Source: Octopus sinensis
Lineage: Eukaryota
Direction: 5' to 3'
Assembly (NCBI RefSeq): GCF_006345805.1
Contig: NC_042997.1
Location: 9,424,001 to 9,488,000, forward strand
Length of the DNA: 64,000 bases
Below, piece by piece: positions 12,040-25,455 of this stretch. The notes below the pieces were generated by a model. That model searched no databases, was not told where the DNA came from, and worked only from the letters and a program-made list of their open reading frames with translations. Numbering within the stretch: the stretch's first letter is position 1; each line of letters opens with the position of its first letter. The translations under genes and the position numbers were made by a program.

Positions 12040-12362
12040 TTATTCTACTTATTATATACAATTTTTCTTTAAGCTCACTAGTCTATCAGTCTGTATTTCA
12101 GAACTGCTAGGTTACCGGGATGTAAACACGCCAGCATCGGTTGTCAAGTGATGTTGTGGGGACAAACACAGATACACAAACATATACACAAACACATACA
12201 TATATACGATGGGCTTCTTTCAGTTTCCATCTACCAAATCTACACACAAGGCTTTGGTCAGCCCATGGCTATAGTAGAAGTCACTTGCCCAAGGTGCCAT
12301 GCAGTGGGAATGAACCCAGAACCATGTGGTTGGTAAGCAAGCTACTTACCACACCACCACTC
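12040..12362 (-). mobile_element. SINE family A
   Basis: Reverse complement of 1661-2063. Confidence 0.8.
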
Positions 12363-12369
12363 ATATATA

Positions 12370-12438
<69 letters not shown>

Positions 12439-12449
12439 CATATATATAT

Positions 12450-12493
<44 letters not shown>

Positions 12494-12500
12494 ATGTATT

Positions 12501-13707
12501 TCAGGTTGAGCAAAAGTAAGCAATATTTTGAACCAGGAAGAATTTGTACCATATTTTTGCTGAGTTTTGAACTATTTTTAGATATTTTTTTGCAATTGTC
12601 TGATAATACATAGACTTGCCCAAATGCATCAATAAATTAACATCGATATTTTTTCACTGTTCTTACAATCATCTGAAATGGAACTGTCAAAGCACAATAA
12701 TCAAGCAATTTTGCTTTTCAACTTCAAAAAAGGATGTAAAGCAGCTGAAACTGTTCACAATATCAACAAAACGTTTAGTGAGGTGATCAGCTCAAAAATG
12801 GTTTAAACAATTTCACAGTGGAGACCTAAGCCTTGAATATTGTGAGCATAGTGGACGTCTATCTGTCATCGATGGTGGTCAATTAAAGACCGTCATTGAG
12901 CAAGATCCATGTAAAACCACTTGAGAACTGGCAAAAGAACTTCAAGTTAGCCCGGAAAGTGCTTGAAACCATTTGCATGAGATCAGACAATCAAACGCAC
13001 ACGATGTGAATGAAAATCAGAAAATGTGCAAATATGAAATTTGCTTGTCACTTCTCCATAACATTTCACAACCAAATTGTAATTTGCAATGCAAAGTAGA
13101 TTCTCTACAATAATAAAAAACAATCTTCAAAATGAAGCACCAAAAACTTTCCCTATACTCAAGCTCTTCAAAAGAAGATTATGGTAACTGTTTGGTGGGG
13201 TACTGCTGGAATCATCTGCTATAACTTCTTAAAACCCAGGAAAAACCATTACTATAGAAACATGTTGCCATGAAATTACCAAATTGAATGACAAACTGAT
13301 ACTCTCCATCCCAGACTGTCAACAGAAGCGGGCCAATCATTCTTCATGACAATCCTCGACTACATGTTTCACTAGTGACACTCCAGAAGTTGAGGGAACT
13401 TGGCTACAAAGTTTTTCCTCAACCAGCTTATTTCCCAGACCTTTTTCCTACTAGCTGTCACTTTTTCAAGTACCTTGATGGTTTCCTGTGAGAGAAGGAG
13501 TTCAAAAACCAAACCGATGCTGAAAGTGTGTTCAAAGAGTTCATCAGCTCCAGAACACCAGATTTTTATGTTACCGGAATAAACAAACTTGTAAATCGTT
13601 GGCAAAAATGTATTGATTGTAATGGTACTTACTCTGAAGATTAAAATTTCCACATTGTTGAAATATATTGTGATGAATTTCATGTTTCAAAACGTTGCTT
13701 ACTTTTG
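12501..13707 (+). mobile_element. Mariner (Tc1/mariner) relic with frameshifted transposase
   Basis: TIRs caaaagtaagcaatattttgaa and ttcaaaacgttgcttacttttg; remnants of KIMVTVWW, LHDNPRLH and PAYFPDL (YSPDL-like); ~1.2 kb. Confidence 0.85.
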
Positions 13708-14661
13708 TGTGTGTGTGTGTGTGTGATGGATTCTCTTGTCATGAATGACAAATGAGAGTTCAGTAAAATAAAACATTAATCATGTTCTGTGGACATGAAT
13801 GTGTCTCTTGAGGCCTGCTGGTGCCTTGCAAACCTTTGGTGAAATGAAGCAAATTGAGGATTCCGTTTCCTTGAGTACTTGTGGATCATTTACTATGTGT
13901 TTTCTTGAGTGGACAGCAAGGCCTGCTTTGCTTTATGTCACAAAACCACAATGACAGATAAGGTTTCCATTCAGAGAATTAGTTAAAATGTGTTTATGAT
14001 GTATTTTAACTTCTTAAGGCAAATTCGCTGCATGTTTACATGGAGAAAAATTCTCTCATGGTAAAATGCATAAAACACCAAACAACGCTATGTATTCAGA
14101 CAAAATTATACTTTACACTTGTGGCTCCGCTGGTAACTGATGAGCCCAGTACTTGATATACATGCACTTTTGCAGATACTGCAGATGAAGCTTCCTCCAT
14201 TCACTGTACTGGTGGTGCATTTTTGAGGAGTTCACCTAAGTTCAGCATGCAAAAATGCATGTTTCTTCAAAAATACCCTCCTTCCTTTACTCATTTACCC
14301 ATTATATATATACATGTATGTATGCATGCATATATATGTGAGTGTGTGTAGACATATGTGTGTGCATGTTTTCACACCCACACACCCATATATATATATA
14401 TATATATAACAATTTAGGAGTGACCTTAACAGGCCATTCGTCCACCAGAAAGAGCAGCCATAACTCACACCGCCAAGTAGTAGTAATTCAGAAATTAGGT
14501 GAACATTTAAAAACATTTACCCTAATTCATCTTTTAGACGATGCATCGTTTCTGTGTTATTAATGATTAAATTAGCTTAATTAAATTAAATTGAAAATTT
14601 AAGACAGATATTCCGGAGGCATCGATACAGACGCCTCGTGTATATTTGTCTCTCCCAGGTT

Positions 14662-14759
14662 TTTTACTGATGAAGTGTGACCTATGGTAGATTAGCTTAA
14701 TTTAATTTAATTAAGCTAATTTAATCATTAATAACACAGAAACTATGCATCGTCTAAAA
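14662..14759 (+). ncRNA. Type-I hammerhead ribozyme motif, copy 1 (stem III mismatch)
   Basis: tttta-CTGATGA-a-gtgt...acac-a-GAAA-ctatgcatc-GTC-taaaa. Confidence 0.7.
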
Positions 14760-15134
14760 GATGAATTAGGGTAAATGTTTTTAAATTTTCACCTAATTTC
14801 TGAATTACTACTACTTGGCGGTGTGAGTTATGGCTGCTCTTTCTGGTGGACGAATGGCCTGTTAAGGTCACTCCTAAATTGTTATATTTATATATTTAGT
14901 CTTTGACTATTTTCTCTTTTCCACTAGGCCGCTGGTAGCGATAAATTTCTATTGAATTTTTTGCTACCCTAAATTGACTAATTGATAATTTTCTGAATAA
15001 TTCTGAGATTGAATCGGCAGTTTATATTTACTGCTGATAAGTTTGGCGCGAATACGTCAGTCTTGAAAATTTTAAGACAGATATTCCGGAGGCATCGATA
15101 CAGATGCCTCGTGTATATTTGTCTCTCCCAGGTT

Positions 15135-15227
15135 TTTTACTGATGAAGTGTGACCTATGGTAGATTAGCTTAATTTAATTAAGCTAATTTAATCATTAAT
15201 AACACAGAAACGATGCATCGTCTAAAA
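15135..15227 (+). ncRNA. Type-I hammerhead ribozyme motif, copy 2 (intact)
   Basis: tttta-CTGATGA-a-gtgt[long hairpin]acac-a-GAAA-cgatgcatcg-TC-taaaa; GUC triplet at 15220-15222; palindromic stem III. Confidence 0.8.
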
Positions 15228-15445
15228 GATGAATTAGGGTAAATGTTTTTAAATTTTCACCTAATTTCTGAATTACTACTACTTGGCGGTGTGAGTTATG
15301 GCTGCTCTTTCTGGTGGACGAATGGCCTGTTAAGGTCACTCCTAAATTGTTATATTTATATATTTAGTCTTTGACTATTTTCTCTTTTCCACTAGGCCGC
15401 TGGTAGCGATAAATTTCTATTGAATTTTTTGCTACCCTAAATTGA

Positions 15446-15499
<54 letters not shown>

Positions 15500-15524
15500 T
15501 AAATTAAGAAATGGAGTCAGACAG

Positions 15525-15800
15525 TTTGACATGGTTTCTATGTCTGGATGCCCTTCTTAATGCCAACTACTTTACAGAGTTTACTGGATGCTTTTACTGG
15601 CATGGGTGCATTTATGTGACACCAGTATGCATGCTTTTTACGTGGCACCAGCCCCAATGAGCCTGCAAGATTAGGAATGCTCAGCTTGAGAGGGATGCTG
15701 GGAATATGCCTGTATGCAAGGACAACCACACTTTTACTTAACTTGGTATGTTTTTTCAAGCACTGCCAACAGTCAAATATGTTGCTTTTTAGACACTTGA
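15525..15800 (-). mobile_element. Degenerate RTE 3'UTR fragment
   Basis: ctggatgcccttcttaatgccaactactttacagag; similar to the 56040 and 60343 copies. Confidence 0.6.
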
Positions 15801-16698
15801 CCACAATCGTTTTAACAGTGGAGGAACAGTCAATTTTATTGCCTCTGTACAGGAATAAATGTGTTTATATATACAGTAGCCAAGCTGGTTAGTGAGTAAA
15901 ATTGTTAGAGTGTCAAGAAAAATACTTTGCAATATTTGTTTATGCTCTTTACATTCTAACTTCAGTTTCTGCCAAGATCAAATCTTTCATCCTTTCAGGG
16001 TTGATAAAATGAAGTACCAGTCAAGTATAACTTTTGATGGTATCAAAAAACCCCATCTCTTCAATAGTTTGGCAAAACTAGTAGAAAGACAGAGAAAATA
16101 TCATATGGTAATTAGCAACCAATATCTTTGTATTATCTGAGTTCAAATCACACCAAAGTTTATTTAATTTCGTTTTTTTTATCTTTCCATTCTTTTAGGG
16201 CTGATAAGTTGAAGCACAAGTCGAGTATAGTGTTGTGTGGGTGAGGGGAAGTTAGCCCCAGTAAATATTTTGGGGTATGTGTATGATAAAAATTATTATT
16301 ATTTCAAAAATATGGAGCATGATTGATTTTACATCTAGGAAGCAAGATCTTCGAAATTCATTATTAATTCATAGTTGTGATGTAAACAAACATATCCTGA
16401 TCTGTCTTTGTCAAAACCTGCAGGAAATAGAATGTATTAGCTTTCTGAGATAAGAAGATACATCGGATTAACTCACAAACATAATACTTCAGTTACATCG
16501 TAAATAGAAGCAGTCGGCAATCATGAGTAACTAGAGGGAGAGAGAGGGAGGGAGGGAGAGAAAGAGGGAAGGAGAGAGAGAGGGAAGGAGAGAGAGAGAG
16601 GGAAGGAGACAGAGATTTCTTTTATTATTATTTACCTATAGATTTGTTTGTGTCTTCAAATCTTCTTCTTCAATTTCTCCTCATACTCATCCTTCTAT

Positions 16699-16734
<36 letters not shown>

Positions 16735-17326
16735 CACTACTAGTACACAAAATCCAGACAATATTTAATTTAAGATTTTTGTCTGCTAGTAAGATTCCGT
16801 TGTTTCCTTGCTACTAAGGAGTTTCTGCAATGTCAATAAAGCATTGTTTTCTTCAGTCTTTCAATTCCTATTACAAAATAATCTCGACTAATCTTCAAAT
16901 GTCTTTCAATATTGATATTTTAACATCTAATTTCCAGTTTCTATATCAACCAAACTATTAACAATTAGCAAAATAATTGATGTTGTTAAGTAATTTAGAT
17001 TCAGCCTTTGTTCTGCACTTCATCTTTTTCAGTTTCATTTTAATATTATTTTGTTTTTGTACTTGGGTCAGGTTATGTTATTCATTTGTTTTGTCGGTTT
17101 TTTTTCTTTTCTTTTCTTCTAAATTCTAGAGGCTTCTCTACTTAATCCATGCTATTCTTAGATCCCTTTAGACAATAACAACAACAAAAGTTTCTCTCCG
17201 AAATGCATTCATTAAAGTAATCAGTGAGTTTATCACTGAAATCAATACAGTAGAAATGTAAATGATATATGTGTATGTATATATATATATATATACACAC
17301 ACATAAACACAGACATACATATACAC

Positions 17327-17363
<37 letters not shown>

Positions 17364-17477
17364 ATGTGTGTGTGAATGTGTGTGAATGTGTGTGTGTGTA
17401 TACAAAAAAATTTGGGGAAGGGAAGTAATTATTCAAGTAAAGAATGTTGAGTGTTTAGGCTGTTACATCTTTAGCTA

Positions 17478-17538
<61 letters not shown>

Positions 17539-17540
17539 GT
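17478..17540. repeat. (AAT)n microsatellite
   Basis: Direct reading. Confidence 0.95.
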
Positions 17541-18229
17541 AACAATAAAATCAGTGATAAACAACAATAATAAACAATGATAACAATGATAGTAATCTCA
17601 AAATAAAAGAAGCAAATAAGAGATAAATCTCCTTTTAAACTAAGAAACACTACTATCACTATTACAATAATAACAACAACAAAACCTACACCAACAACAG
17701 AATCATTCATACCACAACAAAAAGAATAACAAAGAAAATATTTACCATAATAATTTAAACTAAGAGGTAAAATTTGAAATATAATAGATGAGAAGTAAAA
17801 AAAAACGTGATGAAAAATCAATTATTTCTTTAAAGTTTGTGTTACCAAGATTGGAAAGAACTAATTATTAATATCAGAAAAAGAAATAGAAAGAGAGAGA
17901 GGGGGGGACATAGAAGGAAAACACTGGAATAAAAAGAATATTTGTGAAAATAAATAAAATAGAAAGAAAAGTGGAAGTCATAGCAGACATAAAATGGAAA
18001 TGAAGTAGTGTACAAAGTAGAGAGAGAGAGTTGAAGATGGGATATTAGGTGAAAGAGAGGGAAAATGTGTGTGAAGGAGAGAGAGGGAAGGATAGGAAAA
18101 ATTGTAGAGAAAGGAAGATAGAAAGAGGAATCAAGAACTACACATTAAAGATAACAAAATATTAAGAAAAGAAAGAAAAAGTGAGATCTACTGAGCAGGA
18201 AAAAAAACTGATATGATAGATACACAGAG

Positions 18230-18320
<91 letters not shown>

Positions 18321-18570
18321 CAGATAGATAGACAGACAGATAGACAGATAGATAGATAGACAGATAGATAGATAGACAGATAGATAGATAGATAGATAGA
18401 TAGACAGATAGACAGATAGACAGATAGATAGATAGATAGATAGATAGACAGATAGATAGACAGATAGATGCATACATATATACTTAGATACATAGATAGA
18501 TACATTCATACATACATACATGCATACATACATACATGCATGCATACATACATACATACATACATACATA
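18230..18570. repeat. (GATA/GACA)n plus (CATA)n tetranucleotide microsatellite
   Basis: Direct reading. Confidence 0.95.
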
Positions 18571-19794
18571 AAGATGGAGTGTGGGAGGGAAAAATAGGGG
18601 AAATGAGACATCTAATACTAAAAGAATGCTGAAGAAAAAAGCAAGAGACAGTGTCACTATAGAGAAAATGTGGGTGGTTAAAATGAAGAGAGAGGTAAAG
18701 TTTTAGTGAGATAATGTTAAGATGAGAATGTGGGGAGACTAAAAGAATGGTGATGTTAAAAAAAAAAGAGAGAAAGTGCAAAATAGCAAAATATTGAGCT
18801 TATTGATCCCCAGTTTTTGGCAAGAGTAATCTGTAAATTCCAAAGTTATAATATGGAAGGATAATGTATTAGTTTATTGACATGAGACTTAAGAGTTCAT
18901 GATAACTTATGGTAGGCACAGTATTTTGCTATTTGGCCATAGCATTCATTTATATTTGACTTACTCAAAATATTTCATCGATCGTTTGTTGAGAATCATT
19001 TTGGCTTACACACTTTATAGAGGTTTTCTGCGAAAGGTATGGGCATTATAAATTTCTCTGTTTTGGAAATAAACTTGGCAAAATACTGAAAAAATTAGCA
19101 TCACATGAGAAAAACTGTGAAAGAATATTAAAGAAATAGAGAGTTCAAAATATCAATTCCTCTATGTTTAACCCCAAGCAATCTTGGATCCAGATCTATG
19201 ATCAATGGCATTGCAGCTGTAGCTAGCATTCTGATCATTTCAGAGGTATTGTGGATGGCGTTATACAAAGAGACAATCTTTAAACCTTTTGTTGCCAACA
19301 TATTTGAGATCATCTTGATGCTGTGACACAAACTTCCTGGTTTAAAGAGATCTAAATTTTCCAAAGATCTAAATTGGAACTTTCCATCAATAACTCATGT
19401 TAATTTATGTTCCAAATACAGCTTCAGCTTAATGACAAAATTATTTTACTAAATTTCTTTATTATTTTCAAAACTGAGTGAAAGAAAGGCTGTGTATTTT
19501 AGCAGAAAGATGGTAAGGAACTAGTTAGTTGTGTGAAAGGGCGGATTTGGTTGCTATTTCTAGCAGGCCCAGCAAATACATACAGTTTTTTTTTAGCTTT
19601 AGGTTAACTCCATGGTGTAATAATATTAAGCATGTGAATTTGTAATAAGGTGATTTTATTGTTATATTCACTGTGGTATGTAGTAGTAATGCTTTTAAAG
19701 TGATGCTCCAGCATGGCCACAGTCAAATGACTGGAATAAAAGAATAAAAACAAATAAGATTTTGTTGCAAGGTAACTAGGTAATATTGCAATAT

Positions 19795-19990
19795 TGGTTT
19801 CAACTTTTGGCACAAGGCCAGCAAATTCAGGGGTGGGAATTAAGTTGATCACATTGATCCCAGTGCTCAACTGGTACTTTTTTTATTAACCTCGAATGGA
19901 TGAAAGGCAAAGGTGACCTCAGAAGAATTTGAATTCAGAACATAAAGACAAATGAAATATTGCTAAGCATTTTGCTTGGAGTGCTAACAA
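19795..19990 (-). mobile_element. SINE family B
   Basis: ggatgaaaggcaaaggtgacctc...gaatttgaattcagaac. Confidence 0.7.
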
Positions 19991-20098
19991 TCTACCCTAT
20001 TTCTCATCCTTAAATGAAAATGTTTAAATTGAAATTTTTTCTGCTTCTGAAAGGTTTATACTGTTAGCAATCTCTTGACTATATATTTTGTCTTTGGG

Positions 20099-21510
20099 TG
20101 GGTCATTCAAGTGAAATTCAATGAAGGTCCGTCATGAGGTTTCTTAGATTTTCTTCAAATTTACACCATTTGTTAGTATCCATAAGAGGAGTAATTTCTA
20201 AAAGTTTTAGCTCCATGGCTGTTACCAGTCAGATTTTATGGCCATTTAAGAACAGTTGAAAAAGTATCAAGTGGTTGTTTTACACACTAAACATTCATGG
20301 GATAAAATACTAGATGTAAAATACTAGTAGAAATTTTCTTGTTTTCAACTCCCTGAATCTATAAATAAAAACAAAAAATGGCACTTTGTCAGTTATGACA
20401 ATGAAGGGTCCAGTTGATCTGATCAACAGAACAGCCTGCTCATGGGATTAACATGCAAGTGGCTGAGCACTCCATGGACAAGCATACTCTTAACATCGTT
20501 CTCAGGGAGATTCAGCATGAACAGGAAGTGAAAAGGCTGGCCCTTTGAATTACAAGTACTAGACTAGAGCAACATGAAATAAAGTGTCTTGCTCAAGGAC
20601 ACGCAATTCTGCGAGGAATCGAACTCAAACCTTACAATCATGAGCTAAAGATCCCTAACCACTAAGCCAAAGATATTATAAAATCTATAAAGTTATTATA
20701 AAAGTATGTGTCTTCATTTGCCAATCATGTTGTTGTTGCTGTTTAATCAAGAGGTCAATATCCAAGGATTTTCAGGTCTGAAAGTTTTTCTAATTGTTGC
20801 ACATTGATTTCCACTGCTTGAACTACCTCCAAAAATGGGATTTTCTATTTTTAGCCATTTTCAGGAGATGAAAATTGATATTTAGAGTAGTTTTAAATGC
20901 TGTAGTTTTGCATTTCTATACTTATCATCGAGTGTATTTTCAAGAATATATATAGTTTTGATTTAGTTTTGATTTAATGATAAAAAGTTATTCTTGTTCA
21001 AAAATTTAAAGAAAACACTAAATTTTTCACTTTGTCCCATTTTTTACCCACCCCAACTATACCACAAGAAAGCAGACTTTTCAGTAAGTAAATTCAAGTG
21101 TCTTGGTAATATTTCAGATTTTACTGTAAGATTAGAGAATACAGGATGCTCACCAACTGTTGCTAAGTTGCCTAAAAAGTTGACATTTTTTCCTTCTATG
21201 CATGGATTAAAAGAATTGATCTTTAGTGTCTGTGGGACTTGGGAGAGTGGGGAATAAAAAAACATCCTTTTCAAGATGTGATAATTAACCTATTTGGAAT
21301 GACGGGCCCCTAAATTAAAGAAATTCAATGCTTCAAAAATTTTGGAAACTACCTAAAACTTTAAATGACCACAAAATCTGACCAGCAACATTTATGGGGC
21401 TAAAATTTTCAAGAATTACTCTTCTCATAGATACTAACAAATGATGTAAGCATGAAGAAAATCGAAGAATCTTCACCACAGATCTTTGTTAATTTTTCTG
21501 AAATGACCTG
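20099..21510. mobile_element. Non-autonomous DNA transposon with ~150-bp imperfect TIRs, interrupted by a SINE
   Basis: 20100-20250 (gggtcattc...tttgttagtatc...cagattttatggccatttaa) is the imperfect reverse complement of 21360-21509 (ttaaatgaccacaaaatctg...gatactaacaaa...aatgacc). Confidence 0.7.
20375..20670 (-). mobile_element. tRNA SINE with a CORE-like head and the tail of the 9120 SINE
   Basis: Minus strand tggcttagtggttag...gagttcgattcc...cttgagcaagacactttatttc; tail ggagtgctcagccact...gagcaggctgttc. Confidence 0.75.
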
Positions 21511-21728
21511 GATATAAACCAAGATCAGATTTTAATGTAATGATTTGAAATACATTTTTACGTAATAATCCGAAATAAAATATAGTGAAGTGGTTTCCCA
21601 CTGCATTGTCAGGATTGCAGAACTTAAATTCTGCTTCTATTTATTGTATTAGGGATCTATACTACTCTATAATATCTGCAAAGTGTGACGTGCACTCCAC
21701 TACCCTGTAATATGTACATAGTGTTAAA

Positions 21729-22075
21729 TCATCATCATCATCATCATCATTTAGCGTCCGTTTTCCATGCTAGCATGGGTTGGACGGTTCAACTGGGGTC
21801 TGTGAAGATGGAAGGCTTCATCAGGCCCAGTCAGATCTGGCAGTGTTTCTACAGCTGGATGCCCTTCCTAACGCCAACCACTCCGTGAGTGTAGTGGGTG
21901 CTTTTTACGTGCCACCCGCACAGGTGCCAGACAGAGCTGGCAAACGGCCACGGACGGATGGTGCTTTTACGTGTCACTGGCACGGGGGCCAGGCGAGACT
22001 GGCAATGGACACGAACGGATGGTGCTTTTACGTGCCACCAACACGGGGGCCAAACAGAGCTGGCAAATGGCCAAA
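21729..22075 (-). mobile_element. RTE 3'UTR fragment
   Basis: Close match to 2863-3200; (CAT)n tail. Confidence 0.9.
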
Positions 22076-23059
22076 TGTATTTATTAATTATTAACTGCCT
22101 TAGCTATACACCCCAAATAGTTGTGGTGACAAGATACAAGCCATCAATTTCTTTACTTATGGTCTCACACCATACAAACTTGATCATCCATCGACAGAGT
22201 GATGTAATAAATTTTGACAGTAATTGTCTTCGACAAAAGAAACCATACCTAATCAAGACAGAACTTTTTGCTTCTTTATATTTATTTATTTGTTGGCTAT
22301 CTCATTGAAGCAAAGATTAGCTTCTGGGCAGCTAAATCTGGAAACTTTCTTTGATTTCTCAGTTCATTTAATTACATCTTTAAAACTAACCACAATAGAA
22401 TTGGTACATACATCTAGTTTCCATATCAATAGGAGGATCATTGATATATATTCTGGATTGGATACTGGTCTACCTCATAAATAAATTTTCTTAAAAGAAA
22501 AACTGAATGCAGATCCACCAACTGACAAAAATATTCATCAAGCCTTCAACTGTTGTTTGTACTAACATCAAAGAATTACATAGAAGCACTTTAGGGAGCC
22601 AGTAAGTTTCTTGACCAGTTAGAAACAATAGTTAAATTTCTCTCAGATAAAAACCTACAATCTTAAAAAAAATAACAGATACATTCAATAACATGGTCTT
22701 AGATATACAAGTTCTAAAATTCAAGATGGTAGGATCATGGCTAGAATGCCTTTAAACATGTATTTGCTGCCTGATCAGGTCTGACATTGAGCTAAAAGGA
22801 AATAACAGCAAACTGGTCTTAATTTGCAGACAGAAGCTCTGAGCTGCTGAGAGATAATGTTGCAGTCATGGAAACAAAACAGCACCAGTAAAATAAGATA
22901 ATTACTAGTCACATCTTTGCAGATTATCCATTTCCTTACTAATTCAGTCCATTTTGACTCTTGTAACAATAATTGTTTCTGAAATGGGCATAACATTGAT
23001 GAAAGATATCGAATTAGTTAAAATGGTGCCGTTGATTGCACCAAAGAATTTTTTATTTT

Positions 23060-23420
23060 TTTGACTCATTTCAGTCATGGGACTGCAGTTATGCTGAGGT
23101 TCCATCTTGAAAGGTTTAACCAATTAAATAAATTCTAGTATTTACTTTAAGTTTAGTACTTATTATATCAGTCTCTTTTTGCCACTTTGCTATGTTACAG
23201 GTACATCAACAAATCAACACTGTTTCTCAAGTGGTAAAGGATACAAACATAAAGATGGACAAACACATATATAATGAGTTTCCACACAGTTTCCAGCGAT
23301 CAAATTCACTCACAAGTCATTTGTCAATTCAGAGCTATAAGAGAAGATACTTGCTCAAGGTGTAATACAGTTGGACTGAACCCACATGTGATTGTGAAGC
23401 AAACTGATTAACTACATAAC
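23060..23420 (-). mobile_element. SINE family A, old degenerate copy
   Basis: catttcagtcat...agtacttattatatcagtctc...aaattcactcacaag...gactgaaccc. Confidence 0.6.
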
Positions 23421-24591
23421 AATGTTTATGCTTATCAGTACTTGTTATATCAACCTCAGATGGATGGACAATAAATTTGCTTCTAGTGGGATTAGACCTC
23501 AGAATATAAAAATATGTAAATACAAATAAATAATACAAGATATTTAATTTAATGACCTGCCATTTCAACTGCATAATGATAGAAGAAAGGGCATGGAAAC
23601 CAAAAACCACATTACCTTTTCTCTCAAATCAATAATTGACTGGGTCCCAGTTAGTATTTGGTATTTATTTTATTTATCCAAAAACACAAAGGGCAAAGTC
23701 AACCTATATTTGAATTTCCAATTCAGAATGTAATGTTACGTAACTAAACAGCATATGGCATTTTTGTGTGATGATTTACCATTTCTGCTACTTGATGTCA
23801 ACAGGAAATTTGTGAAAAATCAGAATTTACATTAGAACATATTTACTTACATCTTAAACACCTGATGTTTTACTATGCTGATTATCTTTAGTGTGTGAAG
23901 AATGAATAGATAAACAGCATAAATAGTTTTCCCACAGAATAAACATGAACCAAAATCTATCATCTAAATTGCTTCTGTATAATATCTTCGAAAAATAAAT
24001 AAGACTAGTAGAGTCAAGAGTGAGAAACTGGCATAAGTTCAACATTGCATTAGATCTAGATTCAAGACCATAATGTCTCTCTGGCAATCAGAGATCATTT
24101 GTAGCACAGATTTTGTATATTTAATCCTAGTGGAACTTGGATAAATATTAACTAGAACACAATTTCATTTTGACTCTTTATACTTTCCAATATATTTCTA
24201 TCCGATTTCTAGCTTTTTAACATATTTCTGCATTATCTATTCTAGACTGTCATTTAGTCATTTATATTAAATTGCATTGGACATTTATCTATTCATATGT
24301 ATTGTTGTAGTTTGTGGCATTATAATGACCAAAACAGTCTGTTTGAATACACACTGATAAAAATGTATAGTTGGCATAACAAAAATTGCTGCTTGTAAGC
24401 ATTTCTGTTAGTGTACACAGGCACAGTCTCTGATGTTTACATATATATATATTTATATGATTATACATACACATATATAGACAGAGTGAGCTTCATGTGA
24501 ATGAATAAACTCGATGACATATATGCATAAAATATTTTTCCTTTGTACATCCCAGCACGTGTATGTATATACATCATACACACACCTGTAT

Positions 24592-24910
24592 ATTAGAGCG
24601 TCGAGCTTACGATCGTGAGGTTGTGAGCTCGAATCCCGGACCGGGCTGCGTGTTGTGTTCTTGAGCAAGGCACTTTATTTCACGTTGCTCCAGTTCACTC
24701 AACTGTAGAAATGAGTTGCGACGTCACAGGTGCCAAGCTGTATCGGCCTTTGTCTTTCCCTTGGATAACACTGGTGGCGTGGAGAGGGGAGGCTGGTATC
24801 CATGGGCGACTGCTGGTCTTCCATAAACAACCTTGCCCGGACTTGTGTCTAGGAGAGTAACTTTCTAGGTGCAATCCCATGGTCATTCATGACCGAAGGG
24901 GGTCTTTACC
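24592..24910 (+). mobile_element. tRNA-derived CORE-like SINE
   Basis: B-box gagctcgaatccc, then gtgttcttgagcaaggcactttatttcacgttgctccag; CpG-rich, so probably young. Confidence 0.75.
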
Positions 24911-24932
24911 CATATATATATATATATATAAA

Positions 24933-25310
24933 CTAGCAGTACCACCCAGCGTTGCTCGGGTTTGTAAGGGAAATAACTATATAAGCATTTTTATAGAGTT
25001 ATAGCCAAAAGACAGCAAAATATGCTTTAAAAATGGAAAAAAATTATGGTAAATTTTTTTTTAAATCGTTGACTCATCGTAGACATTTTTAGAGAGTTAC
25101 TTCCCTTATTTAATAGCGAAAAAATGCATTAAAATGGAAAAAAATGATGGTAATTTTTTTTTAAATCGTAGACTCATCATCAGAAGGGCTCGATATGAAT
25201 CACGACTATAAGATACCCGGTTTTGGTTAAACTGCACCGCAAAATGGGGGAGTAGTTAGGAATCTAAATCGTAGGAGACAGACACACAACCTTACTTTTA
25301 TATATAAAGA
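24933..25310 (-). mobile_element. Non-autonomous Helitron
   Basis: Minus strand: A|TCtttatatataaaag 5' end, subterminal hairpin cccgagcaacgctggg, CTAG|T 3' end; inserted in (TA)n; internal direct duplication. Confidence 0.8.
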
Positions 25311-25314
25311 TATG

Positions 25315-25386
<72 letters not shown>

Positions 25387-25402
25387 GGCAAACACACATG
25401 TA

Positions 25403-25455
<53 letters not shown>

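Larger units (their letters stand above)
14406..15450 (+). mobile_element. PLE pseudo-LTR/retrozyme-like array: one inverted partial copy plus ~1.8 tandem 473-bp units
   Basis: 14406-14592 is the reverse complement of ~14699-14886; 14591-14981 is repeated at 15063-15450; one hammerhead per unit; embedded in (TA)n. Confidence 0.85.

Noticed and set aside
14130-14180. CTGATGA motif at ~14137
   Set aside because: No pairing stem II followed by GAAA, so not a hammerhead.
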